From a virus, in the UHGV virus genome UHGV-0134179: 24,963 bases of DNA; one strand, 5' to 3'. Below are positions 17,045 to 24,963 of this stretch, piece after piece (within the stretch, counting starts at the first letter, position 1; each line of letters begins with the position of its first letter). The notes below the pieces were generated by a model that was not told the DNA's origin, searched no databases, and saw only the letters and a list, made by a program, of their open reading frames with translations. The position numbers were made by a program, and so were the translations under genes.

Positions 17045-17715
17045 GCCTTTTCTCAACAGACGATTATCAGAAGGCACTGCAGGCGCTTATCCCCACCGGC
17101 CGAGCGTGGACACGGGATCCAAAAGCCGTTCAGGCCGCTGTACTGCGGGCCATTGCGGCCAGTTTCCAGCGTAGTGATAACGACGCACTTGCATTGCTGC
17201 GCGGTGCCTTTCCAAAAACTGCGACGATTATGCTCACCGAGTGGGAAAAAACACTCGGCTTGCCTGATGATTGCTCGATTGGCGAAGTGGATACGATTGC
17301 GAAGCGTCAGTCTGCCATTGTCTCGAAGCTCATCAGTACCGGTGGGCAGTCAAAGAGCTATTTCATCAGTATTGCCGCAGCAATGGGTTATACGATTTCG
17401 ATTAAGGAATACCGGCAGGCGCGTGCTGGCTTATCGGTATGTGGTGACGGGCTAAATGGGGATGACTGGCCATTTGTCTGGCTGGTAGAGGCGGAAGACA
17501 CAACGATAACTTATGCCCGTGCAGGTCTGAGTTATTGTGGTGATCCATTACGCTCCTGGGGTAATCGTCAGCTTGAGTGCCGGATAAATGCCCTTGCCCC
17601 CTCATACACCCTGGTCAAATTTGGCTATATATATTTCGGTTTTAACGATGAAGGGGTTTACGAAGTCACGCCTGAGTTTGCCAGAATATTTGATATCGCT
17701 TCCGGTTACGTTTAA
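17041..17715 (+). CDS. tail protein (Mu gp48 / YmfQ-like)
   Basis: 224 aa; 4-nt overlap with the J-like gene; immediately precedes the fibre gene. Confidence 0.6.
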   Translation: MSLFSTDDYQKALQALIPTGRAWTRDPKAVQAAVLRAIAASFQRSDNDALALLRGAFPKTATIMLTEWEKTLGLPDDCSIGEVDTIAKRQSAIVSKLISTGGQSKSYFISIAAAMGYTISIKEYRQARAGLSVCGDGLNGDDWPFVWLVEAEDTTITYARAGLSYCGDPLRSWGNRQLECRINALAPSYTLVKFGYIYFGFNDEGVYEVTPEFARIFDIASGYV

Positions 17716-17741
17716 TTCAGACATTTAAAAAGAAGGTTTAT

Positions 17742-18527
17742 ATGAGAAAAGTTGGCAGTACAACTGACACCGCTGATGTTAATGGTGAATACACTAATGG
17801 TAATGTCGCTAATGGTATTTCACCGACAATAATTAATGCTGAGATGATGAATACCTTTCAGCGTGAGCTGGTAAACGTTGTTGAAGGCGCGGGGCTTGAG
17901 CTTGATCCTGATGATGATTCACAGGTTCATAAAGCGATTGGTGGCGGTCGCCTGCTTAATATTGTCACATTTACGAAGTCAGGGACTTACACTCCAACTA
18001 AAGGGACGAAAAGAGTGCGGGTGAAAGTTTGGGGAGCGGGGGGAGGTGGCCAGAATGCTCCAGTTAATGTGGGCGCATCTGGTGGTTGTGCTGGTGGGTT
18101 TTCGGAAGGGTTATTTAATATTTCTGATAACGAAACTATATCTGTGACGATAGGTACTGGTGGCAGTGCTGTTGCTGCTGGTGTCGCGTCTAAAGGCGGG
18201 AACGGTGGTGATACAAGGTTCGGGAGTTTAATCTCAGCTACTGGAGGGAGTGGTGGCGGGTCTACAGTTCCTGCTGGAGGTATCGGAAGTGGCGGGAACA
18301 TTTTAAATATTACTGGCGGAATATCTCAAGGTGGTCTGTATTATGGTTCTGATGCTTTTATTGGCGGGGCTGGAGGATCTGCATTTTCATCAACGGGTGG
18401 CAATGGCCACTTCGGTAGTTCTGGCGATGATGGCGGTTTCCCCGGCTCAGGTGGTGCCGGGGGGAATGGTAACTATTCATCAGGAAAAGGAGCGAATGGT
18501 TTAGTTTACCTTGAAGAGTTTTCCTGA
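17742..18527 (+). CDS. tail fibre protein with glycine-rich C-terminal domain
   Basis: 261 aa; N-terminal ADVNGEYTNGNVANGISPTIINAEMMNTFQRELVNVVEG resembles conserved fibre N-termini; the C-terminal ~170 aa are dominated by GG/GGxGG repeats. Confidence 0.65.
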   Translation: MRKVGSTTDTADVNGEYTNGNVANGISPTIINAEMMNTFQRELVNVVEGAGLELDPDDDSQVHKAIGGGRLLNIVTFTKSGTYTPTKGTKRVRVKVWGAGGGGQNAPVNVGASGGCAGGFSEGLFNISDNETISVTIGTGGSAVAAGVASKGGNGGDTRFGSLISATGGSGGGSTVPAGGIGSGGNILNITGGISQGGLYYGSDAFIGGAGGSAFSSTGGNGHFGSSGDDGGFPGSGGAGGNGNYSSGKGANGLVYLEEFS

Positions 18528-19597
18528 TTATTTTTGCTTTGAGCGTCCGCCCTTATTTTTGCTCTAATTTTAATTAGTGGCTTGTCTATTAATATTACAC
18601 AAACGATCCCAAGTGCAATTGATATTGGGTAGCCTAATAAAAAGATAGATAAACCACGATTTTCACCACCAATAGCAAGCCATGCTAGAAATCCGCCAAA
18701 ATATTGACAAAGAAAAATTGGATAGGCCAGATCACCAAACCACTTGAGTATTTTCTCAAGATGTATGTTTGTCTTTATTTTTAATAATGCCAGGGTTGTA
18801 AATAATGCTATTGCATTATTGGTGTAGTAAAGTATTATGTTGTACTGACCTAATGCATTAATTGTATATAAATACCAATTGGTAATAAAAATCCCAATGC
18901 AGATAAATGTTATTAAAAAAGCCTTGTGTGGAGAAAGATACATAGCTTTGAACTTTCTATGGGCAAAATAACCCAGAGAACCCATGCTAAAAGGAAGTGT
19001 TGCAGCAAGGAATGGGAAATACGCCATATCAAAAGAATGGTGAACTACATATACGTAAGCATGATAAAGCAGTGAAAGCAGAATCGACGTAATGGCTGTA
19101 AATTTATTTCTGGCTATGAAAAGCCACAATAAAAAATAACATGTTATCTCAACACCCACTGACCATGATGATGTGACTATTCTGAATCTATTACCATCAA
19201 TAGCAAAGTGATAAATGGATGAAAAGGCACCGAATGGATTTGCTACAGCATTATCAGAAAGGAAAGCCCAGGGGAAGATTAAGAGGTTTCCTAATAAATC
19301 TCCAGGCAAGAAATTGCCTGTCCAGTTTGAATGGAATTCCTTTGCGGATGGAATTAATTTTATAATAAGAAAGCCCATGACGAGAAAAAATATATATGCC
19401 GGGAATAACCTCAGTATTCTATTTTTCCAAAACATAGAGAAGTTGAACTTGTATGTTTCATGCAAAATGTATGTTATTAAAAAGCCACTAATAACATAGA
19501 AGCAATTCACTGCAAAGTTGCCAAGTGCAGGTATGCGAGCCGTTAAGTGAAAAGCAATGACGCACGATGCCAAAAAAAACCTTATTAGGCCAAGCAT
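18506..19597 (-). CDS. acyltransferase family 3 membrane protein (O-antigen acetylase-like lysogenic-conversion candidate)
   Basis: 363 aa, AT-rich, highly hydrophobic with many predicted TM segments. N-terminus LGLIRFFLASCVIAFH aligns with the AT3 GLRG...H motif and is followed by FYVISGFLI. Opposite strand to the fibre genes. Confidence 0.8.
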   Translation of the reverse strand: MLGLIRFFLASCVIAFHLTARIPALGNFAVNCFYVISGFLITYILHETYKFNFSMFWKNRILRLFPAYIFFLVMGFLIIKLIPSAKEFHSNWTGNFLPGDLLGNLLIFPWAFLSDNAVANPFGAFSSIYHFAIDGNRFRIVTSSWSVGVEITCYFLLWLFIARNKFTAITSILLSLLYHAYVYVVHHSFDMAYFPFLAATLPFSMGSLGYFAHRKFKAMYLSPHKAFLITFICIGIFITNWYLYTINALGQYNIILYYTNNAIALFTTLALLKIKTNIHLEKILKWFGDLAYPIFLCQYFGGFLAWLAIGGENRGLSIFLLGYPISIALGIVCVILIDKPLIKIRAKIRADAQSKNNQENSSR

Positions 19598-19860
19598 TAT
19601 TTTATCTCCGCGCCAATATCGCGCATTTTATATATTACATTGTTAAGTTGCTCATCAGACAGAACAAGCTGAGCTGCAATGTAAAACAGTATGTGTTTTG
19701 ACATTACCCTGGGGCTCTCTCCGCCAGTGTATTTCCGCCATTGGCTATCGCTGGCTACACCTGCGAGCCCTGCCATTTGGTTTCCGGAGTAATTTAGTGC
19801 GGATTTCAGTCTGGCTAAATCTTCCTGCGTTGGAGGGGTGTATTTATTTATTAATATCAT
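19597..19860 (-). CDS. small XRE-like HTH protein co-transcribed with the acyltransferase
   Basis: Start taken at ATG 19860 (the track ORF starts at GTG 19884). HTH-like segment SGNQMAGLAGVASDSQWRKYTGG. Its TAA overlaps the acyltransferase ATG (TAATG at 19595-19599). Confidence 0.5.
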   Translation of the reverse strand: MILINKYTPPTQEDLARLKSALNYSGNQMAGLAGVASDSQWRKYTGGESPRVMSKHILFYIAAQLVLSDEQLNNVIYKMRDIGAEIK

Positions 19861-19961
19861 TCTCTTATTTAACCGTTTAAACACGTATGGCGATGTTAGC
19901 CCTGAAGGGGCGGGGCGTCAATCTTAATTGCTTCATTGAAAAGATGAAGACAGGAACAGGT

Positions 19962-21977
19962 ATGGACAAAAGATATAATACCGGCAATCCAAGACCCTCA
20001 AATAGCATGAAGGATCTGAATGATAATGCCCTGGCGTACGATGATTTCCTGAACAGCGAAAGCGATACTTTTATAGATCGTTTTGGTAACGCCCAGGATA
20101 CGATGATTGGGGCTACTAAAAAAATGGCAGCTGCTACCGACGCTGTTATTGATGAAGCCCGCCAAAACCTGATCCCTCTGAGCAAGCAATACATGACGCT
20201 TGCTGATGCACAGGCGGATATAGCGAATATCCCTGAAGGGAGCACAACGTATTACCGCAGCCCTGATGATAGTGCGCTTGCTATTGAGGTTATCAACAAT
20301 AGCGGTGCGCTGTCAGCGACGGGCAGAGTAATGCCATCTCAGGGGTATGTAGACAGGGTGATAAACACCTCAACAGCCAACGAAAATATTGTAATCACTC
20401 TTGACGCTGACGCCAGCCCCGTAGAGGTTCGAGATGATTTTGGCGGGGTGAATATTCCGGGGGTTCCTGCTCCAGTACAGGATATTTTGCAACAGGTGCA
20501 GAAGAGCGCCGCCCCGGCCATCCTTCGTCTGACTGACGCTGAGAATGCCGCATACACCTCTGTTGACGAATATGGAGACATTTATGCACCGGAGATGCCG
20601 TCCAGTATTCAACGTTTATTGCTGGCGATGAAAAAGGATGTTGATAAGCTTAGAAAGCAAGGGATGATTCTGGATGCCAGAGATTGCGGGCTCAACACGA
20701 AAACCGGTGAAGACTCACAGCGTGCAATTCAGCGCGGATATAACTGGTTGTCCGGGAATGGCGGCGGCCATCTTTACGTCCCGGCTGGCTATTTTAAAAT
20801 GGCGATCCCTGTTGTTCCTCGTTCCGGCGTCGCCTTACATGGTGCCGGCATCGGTGCGACTAATTTTCTTCCTTACGGTTATTTGTCTGCATTTGAGTAT
20901 GTAGGGGACGAAACATACATCGAAAACCTTCAGTTTACCGACTTCACCATTGATGGCGAAAATCAGCAACTTCATCCGACAAGAGGTTATATCCCTAACA
21001 TTAAGGGAATTCTCCTCCAGTATTACCGGAATACTGTTTTTGACCGCATCAAAATCCAGAATACCGGTGCAACAGGGTTAGGGACGGACATGCCGGATAA
21101 TGTGTCTATTATGCGCGTGGTCACTGAAAACTGCGGCCGTCTCGGCGTTGTCGGTGATTTAGGGGCTTCCGGTATTGGGCTGGGAACCGGCTTCCTTAAC
21201 AGTGAGCCTATCTTTGTTTATCAGACAGTGAATAAACACAATAAGAACTACGGTATATTTTACGAACCACAGCGCGGTGTGGGTGTTGCCCGTGACACCA
21301 TCGCAGTTGGAAATGTGTGTGAGTACAATCATGCCGGAATGGCCGATTGTGGAATAGATGGCCTGATCGCTATTGGCAATAACCTGCGTTTCAATGAATA
21401 TGGGTTTAAAGGCTCACCGGGTACAAACGGTGCGGGAAACCCCGGAAACCGTGGCATTCTGAAGGACAACCATATCAACGGTAATACTAAACATGGTATT
21501 TATCTTTATACGGATAAAGGATTGGCTATAGAGGGTGAATATAATTACTCCGGCAATCGTATAGCTGATAACGAACTCGACGGCATACATGTTGAATATG
21601 TTCATACGTCTGCGAAATTACTGAACAGTAAGTTTGCGGATAATGAAATTTATCGTAATGGTCGTCATGGCTTTAATTTTGTCAGCGGCAATCTGGTCAA
21701 TGTGGACATTATGAATAACCGACTCTGGAACAACGGACGTACAGAAGTGGGGGATGCCATAGCTGGTGCAGCAGATATGATGAAATGTGGAATTACTGGC
21801 AATAAAATCCGCGACACGCAGGATGCGGCTACCCAGCAGTATCCGGTTAATCTCTCTGGGGCACTGACCGACATGGATATTTCGTTCAACCATTGTGTCG
21901 GAAATGCCCGAAATACTTTAAATCTGACCGGTGCACAAACTCGTGTAACCACACTTAACAATCCCGGGATCGCATAA
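19962..21977 (+). CDS. tailspike protein with parallel beta-helix (polysaccharide depolymerase-like) domain
   Basis: Start chosen at ATG 19962 (AGGA RBS 6 nt upstream); in-frame alternatives at 19887 and 19944. Repeated beta-helix-type units rich in N/G/D (NHINGNTKHGIYLY, GNRIADNELDGIHVEY, ADNEIYRNGRHGFNF, MNNRLWNNGRTEVG). Confidence 0.75.
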   Translation: MDKRYNTGNPRPSNSMKDLNDNALAYDDFLNSESDTFIDRFGNAQDTMIGATKKMAAATDAVIDEARQNLIPLSKQYMTLADAQADIANIPEGSTTYYRSPDDSALAIEVINNSGALSATGRVMPSQGYVDRVINTSTANENIVITLDADASPVEVRDDFGGVNIPGVPAPVQDILQQVQKSAAPAILRLTDAENAAYTSVDEYGDIYAPEMPSSIQRLLLAMKKDVDKLRKQGMILDARDCGLNTKTGEDSQRAIQRGYNWLSGNGGGHLYVPAGYFKMAIPVVPRSGVALHGAGIGATNFLPYGYLSAFEYVGDETYIENLQFTDFTIDGENQQLHPTRGYIPNIKGILLQYYRNTVFDRIKIQNTGATGLGTDMPDNVSIMRVVTENCGRLGVVGDLGASGIGLGTGFLNSEPIFVYQTVNKHNKNYGIFYEPQRGVGVARDTIAVGNVCEYNHAGMADCGIDGLIAIGNNLRFNEYGFKGSPGTNGAGNPGNRGILKDNHINGNTKHGIYLYTDKGLAIEGEYNYSGNRIADNELDGIHVEYVHTSAKLLNSKFADNEIYRNGRHGFNFVSGNLVNVDIMNNRLWNNGRTEVGDAIAGAADMMKCGITGNKIRDTQDAATQQYPVNLSGALTDMDISFNHCVGNARNTLNLTGAQTRVTTLNNPGIA

Positions 21978-23395
21978 TGACGACTATCTTACAAAGTAAT
22001 ATGAAAATTAAAGGTAATGTGAAGTTACCTTCAGTTAACGCCCCTCTCCCGGATGGAGCTAATTTATTCGCAGACTTCTCCTCTGGCCGTTACGTCATTA
22101 AACATGCCAGTGGTAATGTAATACGATCGGCATCTCTGACTGACATTTTGTCATTTAGTCGTGCCAGTACGGCTACAAGAGTAGGCAAAAACGGACTGAT
22201 TGAGTATCTTGGCACTGATGAACCAGCGATTGATTATCACCCTGTGACGCATGAATGCCTGGGATTGCGCGTAGAGTTATCATCCATTAACCGTATTGCC
22301 TGGTCTCAGGATTTCACCAAAACAGATAGCTGGACGCCATCCGGTATAACGCTGACAGCGAATGATGCTGTCTCTCCTGACGGTAACACCACAGCAACCA
22401 AAATTATTGAAAAAGCTGGATCCTCTGCAGTGCCCAGAACGCTCCTGGCGCTGACAACCAGCGACGCTACAACTGCCCCGTATACCTTCAGCATCTTTGC
22501 TAAAGCAAATACGGCCGGGGTTATTCAACTGGCCGCTCAGGGAGCTGTGTCACCTGTTGCCTTTGCGAACTTCGATCTTCGGAGTGGTAAAATTGGCAAG
22601 GTGTCTTCAGGTTCATCAACCATTGGGATACTACAGGTGACGATGGAGGAATATATTAATGGTTGGTATCGCTGCGCCATTACCATAACACCTTCATCTG
22701 CGGCCTCTCCTCAGTTTACGTTTGCGCTGGTGAATAATGACAGCAGCTCTGACGCGATTCCTTCATATCTCCCCGATACACCAAAATCTGTATGGATTTG
22801 GGGGGCGCAGCCAGAGCGCAAGGACGGTGCGACATCTTATATTCCCACGGCCGGCGCAGAAGTCACCCGAAACAGCGACATGTGCACCACGCCATCCACA
22901 ACGCAGTTTATTTCTGCTGCCGCAGGTACCGTAATGACCAGCGTTATACATCCACATAGCCTGCAACTGCTCAGCGGTGCCTATGGATCATTATCCTGCG
23001 CTGTCGTACTGGATAACACAGTCGAGGGGCCAAACATCCGGTTTTCATATCGTCCTCCGTCAAAAGGTGCTGCTGAGGGGGCTGCTCTTGGCGTGGCGCC
23101 TGATACAACAGGGGTTGCACAGAATCTTGAGATTCCCAGCATGGCATCAGTAAGAGACAATGATCAGTCATGCATATTCGCCTTTGACGGTAGCGCGATG
23201 ACGACAAAACTGTTTGATGGTTACAACTGGTACTCTCGCTCTGTTAGCGCATTCCCGCCGGCGCTTTCACGGTTGTGTATCGGTCGCTCGTATATGGGTG
23301 CAACGAATTACTTTAACGGACACATCAGGAAAATCATCTACTGGCCCACTGCGTTAGGCAATGCTGAAATGGAGGAGATTCTCTCTTATCAGTGA
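21977..23395 (+). CDS. tail fibre / receptor-binding protein with C-terminal LamG (ConA-like) domain
   Basis: 472 aa; ATG overlaps the tailspike stop (TAATG). C-terminus YFNGHIRKIIYWPTALGNAEMEEI matches the LamG_3-type motif F.G.IDEVRIYNRALSAEEI. Confidence 0.6.
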   Translation: MTTILQSNMKIKGNVKLPSVNAPLPDGANLFADFSSGRYVIKHASGNVIRSASLTDILSFSRASTATRVGKNGLIEYLGTDEPAIDYHPVTHECLGLRVELSSINRIAWSQDFTKTDSWTPSGITLTANDAVSPDGNTTATKIIEKAGSSAVPRTLLALTTSDATTAPYTFSIFAKANTAGVIQLAAQGAVSPVAFANFDLRSGKIGKVSSGSSTIGILQVTMEEYINGWYRCAITITPSSAASPQFTFALVNNDSSSDAIPSYLPDTPKSVWIWGAQPERKDGATSYIPTAGAEVTRNSDMCTTPSTTQFISAAAGTVMTSVIHPHSLQLLSGAYGSLSCAVVLDNTVEGPNIRFSYRPPSKGAAEGAALGVAPDTTGVAQNLEIPSMASVRDNDQSCIFAFDGSAMTTKLFDGYNWYSRSVSAFPPALSRLCIGRSYMGATNYFNGHIRKIIYWPTALGNAEMEEILSYQ

Positions 23396-23413
23396 TAAGT
23401 GGGTTTAGTAAAG

Positions 23414-23432
23414 AGGGCGCAATTAGCGCCCT
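23414..23432. terminator. hairpin between convergent genes (possible bidirectional terminator)
   Basis: AGGGCGC-AATTA-GCGCCCT stem-loop between the + strand stop at 23395 and the - strand stop at 23445; weak flanking T/A runs. Confidence 0.35.
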
Positions 23433-23444
23433 TCACGTTGATTT

Positions 23445-23786
23445 CTACTTCAATTCGAATTTATCAGAGAGGTAAGAGAAAATCTTTTTGCCTTTTTCAG
23501 TGAATTTTCCATCTTTAGTTAATAAATCATATCTTTTTAAAGTGGTTATTGGTGCACCAATTAAGTAGCCAGATTCAACCAATCGCTCAATGTCGTGTGG
23601 TATGTAGCCCCAATCGGTAAAGTTATAATCTTTATTACCATTTTTCATGTAATATTCAAAGTAGTCTTGTATCGTATCTAATACGCCATCATCAGGCTTT
23701 AAATCTTCGTTAAGCTCTTTAATGAAAACATCAAAGCTGTAACCTGTCTTAGGTTTGATGGCACATATATAAACTTTTTTATTCAT
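23445..23786 (-). CDS. hypothetical small protein (113 aa), cargo
   Basis: AT-rich ORF with AGGAAA RBS; Tyr/Asp/Lys-rich; no family recognised; downstream partner of the 246-aa gene. Confidence 0.55.
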   Translation of the reverse strand: MNKKVYICAIKPKTGYSFDVFIKELNEDLKPDDGVLDTIQDYFEYYMKNGNKDYNFTDWGYIPHDIERLVESGYLIGAPITTLKRYDLLTKDGKFTEKGKKIFSYLSDKFELK

Positions 23787-23917
23787 GTTATTTCCTGTTA
23801 TATTTATATAGCGATTGGTGGGGGCTAGAAATTTTCGTGCATCTTAAATAGTCGAGTTAGTATAAAGGGTTCTGGGCGGTTGATACTGTAGTGCCCAGGC
23901 AACTGGTGTACTATGAA

Positions 23918-24658
23918 CTATTTATTAGCAATATTGTCGTAAAAAAATTTTTGATTTTGTATTCTCAAAAGTGCTTCACTTAAGTCGAATTTTTTAAGTC
24001 TTTGATTATCCATGCCAGCATTTAAAATTAATGCTAATGTATAAGTTGAATTGATTTTCTCATCACTCAGCGGAGATATTCTATCTGGGAGATCTGATAA
24101 AATGGCAATATTTAAAAAATGTTTATATTCCTCTCTGAGTCTATTTAATATTGTATTTATAATCACCATAACTTCCTGTCCATATTGGATGGCTTGTTTT
24201 TGATCTGGTATTAATCCTTTATGAATTACATCGTTTCTAAAACTTACGCTTTTTTTACTAAGTAGTAATGGTTTTTCTTTTAATTCGGTAAAGTAAAGGA
24301 ATATAAAAGCACCTAATTGCCTTTCAGATTGGCTGGATATTTCCTTCCATGTATTAATGAAGGACTCTAACTCTATATCTTTGCTGAGGCATATTGTTTT
24401 GATAAAGAACTCATAAAATCTTTCTAGTGCAGATGTGAACGATGAGACAGCTTCTCTATAATATCCATCAATTATTGCATGAGCTCCTATTTCAAAGAGG
24501 ATCTCAAATTTTTGGTTCATCAAGTCGAGAATATTAGCATGTCCGTTGGGGCATGTGAATTCGTAGCTCCAATCATTTTTAATTTCAAGTTTTGAGGGTA
24601 AACATTCTGTCTCAGAATCCTGCGATGAGCATTCAGAACAATATACATGGAATTTCAT
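23918..24658 (-). CDS. hypothetical protein with N-terminal zinc-ribbon and RNxxxH (HEPN-like) motif (246 aa), cargo
   Basis: AGAGGA RBS; Cys7/Cys10 (CSEC), Cys19 and Cys36-Pro-Asn-Gly-His40; FRNDVIHKG at residues 140-148 (DNA 24221-24238) fits the HEPN Rx4-6H signature. Motif-level evidence only. Confidence 0.6.
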   Translation of the reverse strand: MKFHVYCSECSSQDSETECLPSKLEIKNDWSYEFTCPNGHANILDLMNQKFEILFEIGAHAIIDGYYREAVSSFTSALERFYEFFIKTICLSKDIELESFINTWKEISSQSERQLGAFIFLYFTELKEKPLLLSKKSVSFRNDVIHKGLIPDQKQAIQYGQEVMVIINTILNRLREEYKHFLNIAILSDLPDRISPLSDEKINSTYTLALILNAGMDNQRLKKFDLSEALLRIQNQKFFYDNIANK

Positions 24659-24840
24659 TGGAATCCTCTTTGAGATCTACAGTGTTGGGCTGATTCTACA
24701 AGCTTATCTAAAAGGCAGTGGTCAATAAGCAATCGATCTTTTATGTACTATAGCGCAGAAAGAGTGTTTTTCATACGGGAAATTTGGCTTTGTTGAATAA
24801 ATCAGCTTCAGGACGAGTGACTCTGTAGCTGACCGGGTTT

Positions 24841-24963
24841 TCAGGCAATACGCACGCTTTCTGGCATACCAGCCTTCGTTATTTTATTCAGCGCTCGTAC
24901 CAGGGCCATAGCCTCCGCAACCTGACCATCGTAGTCACGCAGCGTCAGTGAACCCCCGAACAG
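24841..24963 (-). CDS. hypothetical protein, C-terminal 40 codons only (5' end beyond the window)
   Basis: Minus-strand open frame from the window edge to TGA (plus coords 24841-24843), translating ...LFGGSLTLRDYDGQVAEAMALVRALNKITKAGMPESVRIA; GC-rich like the phage backbone. Confidence 0.3.
   Translation of the reverse strand: MFGGSLTLRDYDGQVAEAMALVRALNKITKAGMPESVRIA

Noticed and set aside
17987-18301. 104-aa Pro-rich minus-strand ORF
   Set aside because: Antisense shadow of the Gly-rich fibre gene (GGN codons read as NCC on the other strand).
19887-19961. Upstream extension of the tailspike ORF (starts at 19887 or 19944)
   Set aside because: No RBS before these ATGs, and they fall in the divergent promoter region; ATG 19962 has an AGGA RBS at proper spacing. 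Not excluded.
1-24963. tRNA, rRNA, integrase or attachment-site signals
   Set aside because: No cloverleaf-compatible segments, rRNA-like sequence, tyrosine/serine recombinase ORF or flanking direct repeats recognised; the window appears to lie within the prophage late region.

Overview
This window reads as a prophage late region with Enterobacteriaceae-like, GC-rich structural genes interrupted by three AT-rich cargo islands. No searches were run; every homology statement comes from reading the translations and recalling family signatures. Layout: (1) a repeat-dense cos/pac-like region at 267-510 and a Nu1-like small-terminase/HTH gene (514-1098) followed by an intrinsic terminator; (2) an AT-rich reverse-strand two-gene cassette (1689-3311) sitting where the large terminase and portal genes should be, with only a ~55-codon portal-like 3' remnant (3545-3712) left overlapping the start of a lambda C-type S49 prohead protease; (3) lambda-type head genes at 3709-7465 (protease, acidic scaffold-like, decoration-like, major capsid, FII-like connector); (4) a Mu-type contractile tail and baseplate module at 7462-18527 (sheath, tube, chaperone with a -1 frameshift site, tape measure, N, P, spike V, W, J, gp48-like, Gly-rich fibre); (5) a reverse-strand acyltransferase-3 plus small HTH gene pair wedged between fibre genes (18506-19860); (6) a beta-helix tailspike and a LamG-like fibre protein (19962-23395); (7) a terminal AT-rich reverse-strand two-gene cassette (23445-24658) whose larger protein has an N-terminal zinc-ribbon and an RNxxxH HEPN-like motif. 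The two unannotatable cassettes in (2) and (7) are the best candidates for an undescribed accessory or defence system. No tRNA, rRNA, CRISPR array, integrase or att site was recognised.
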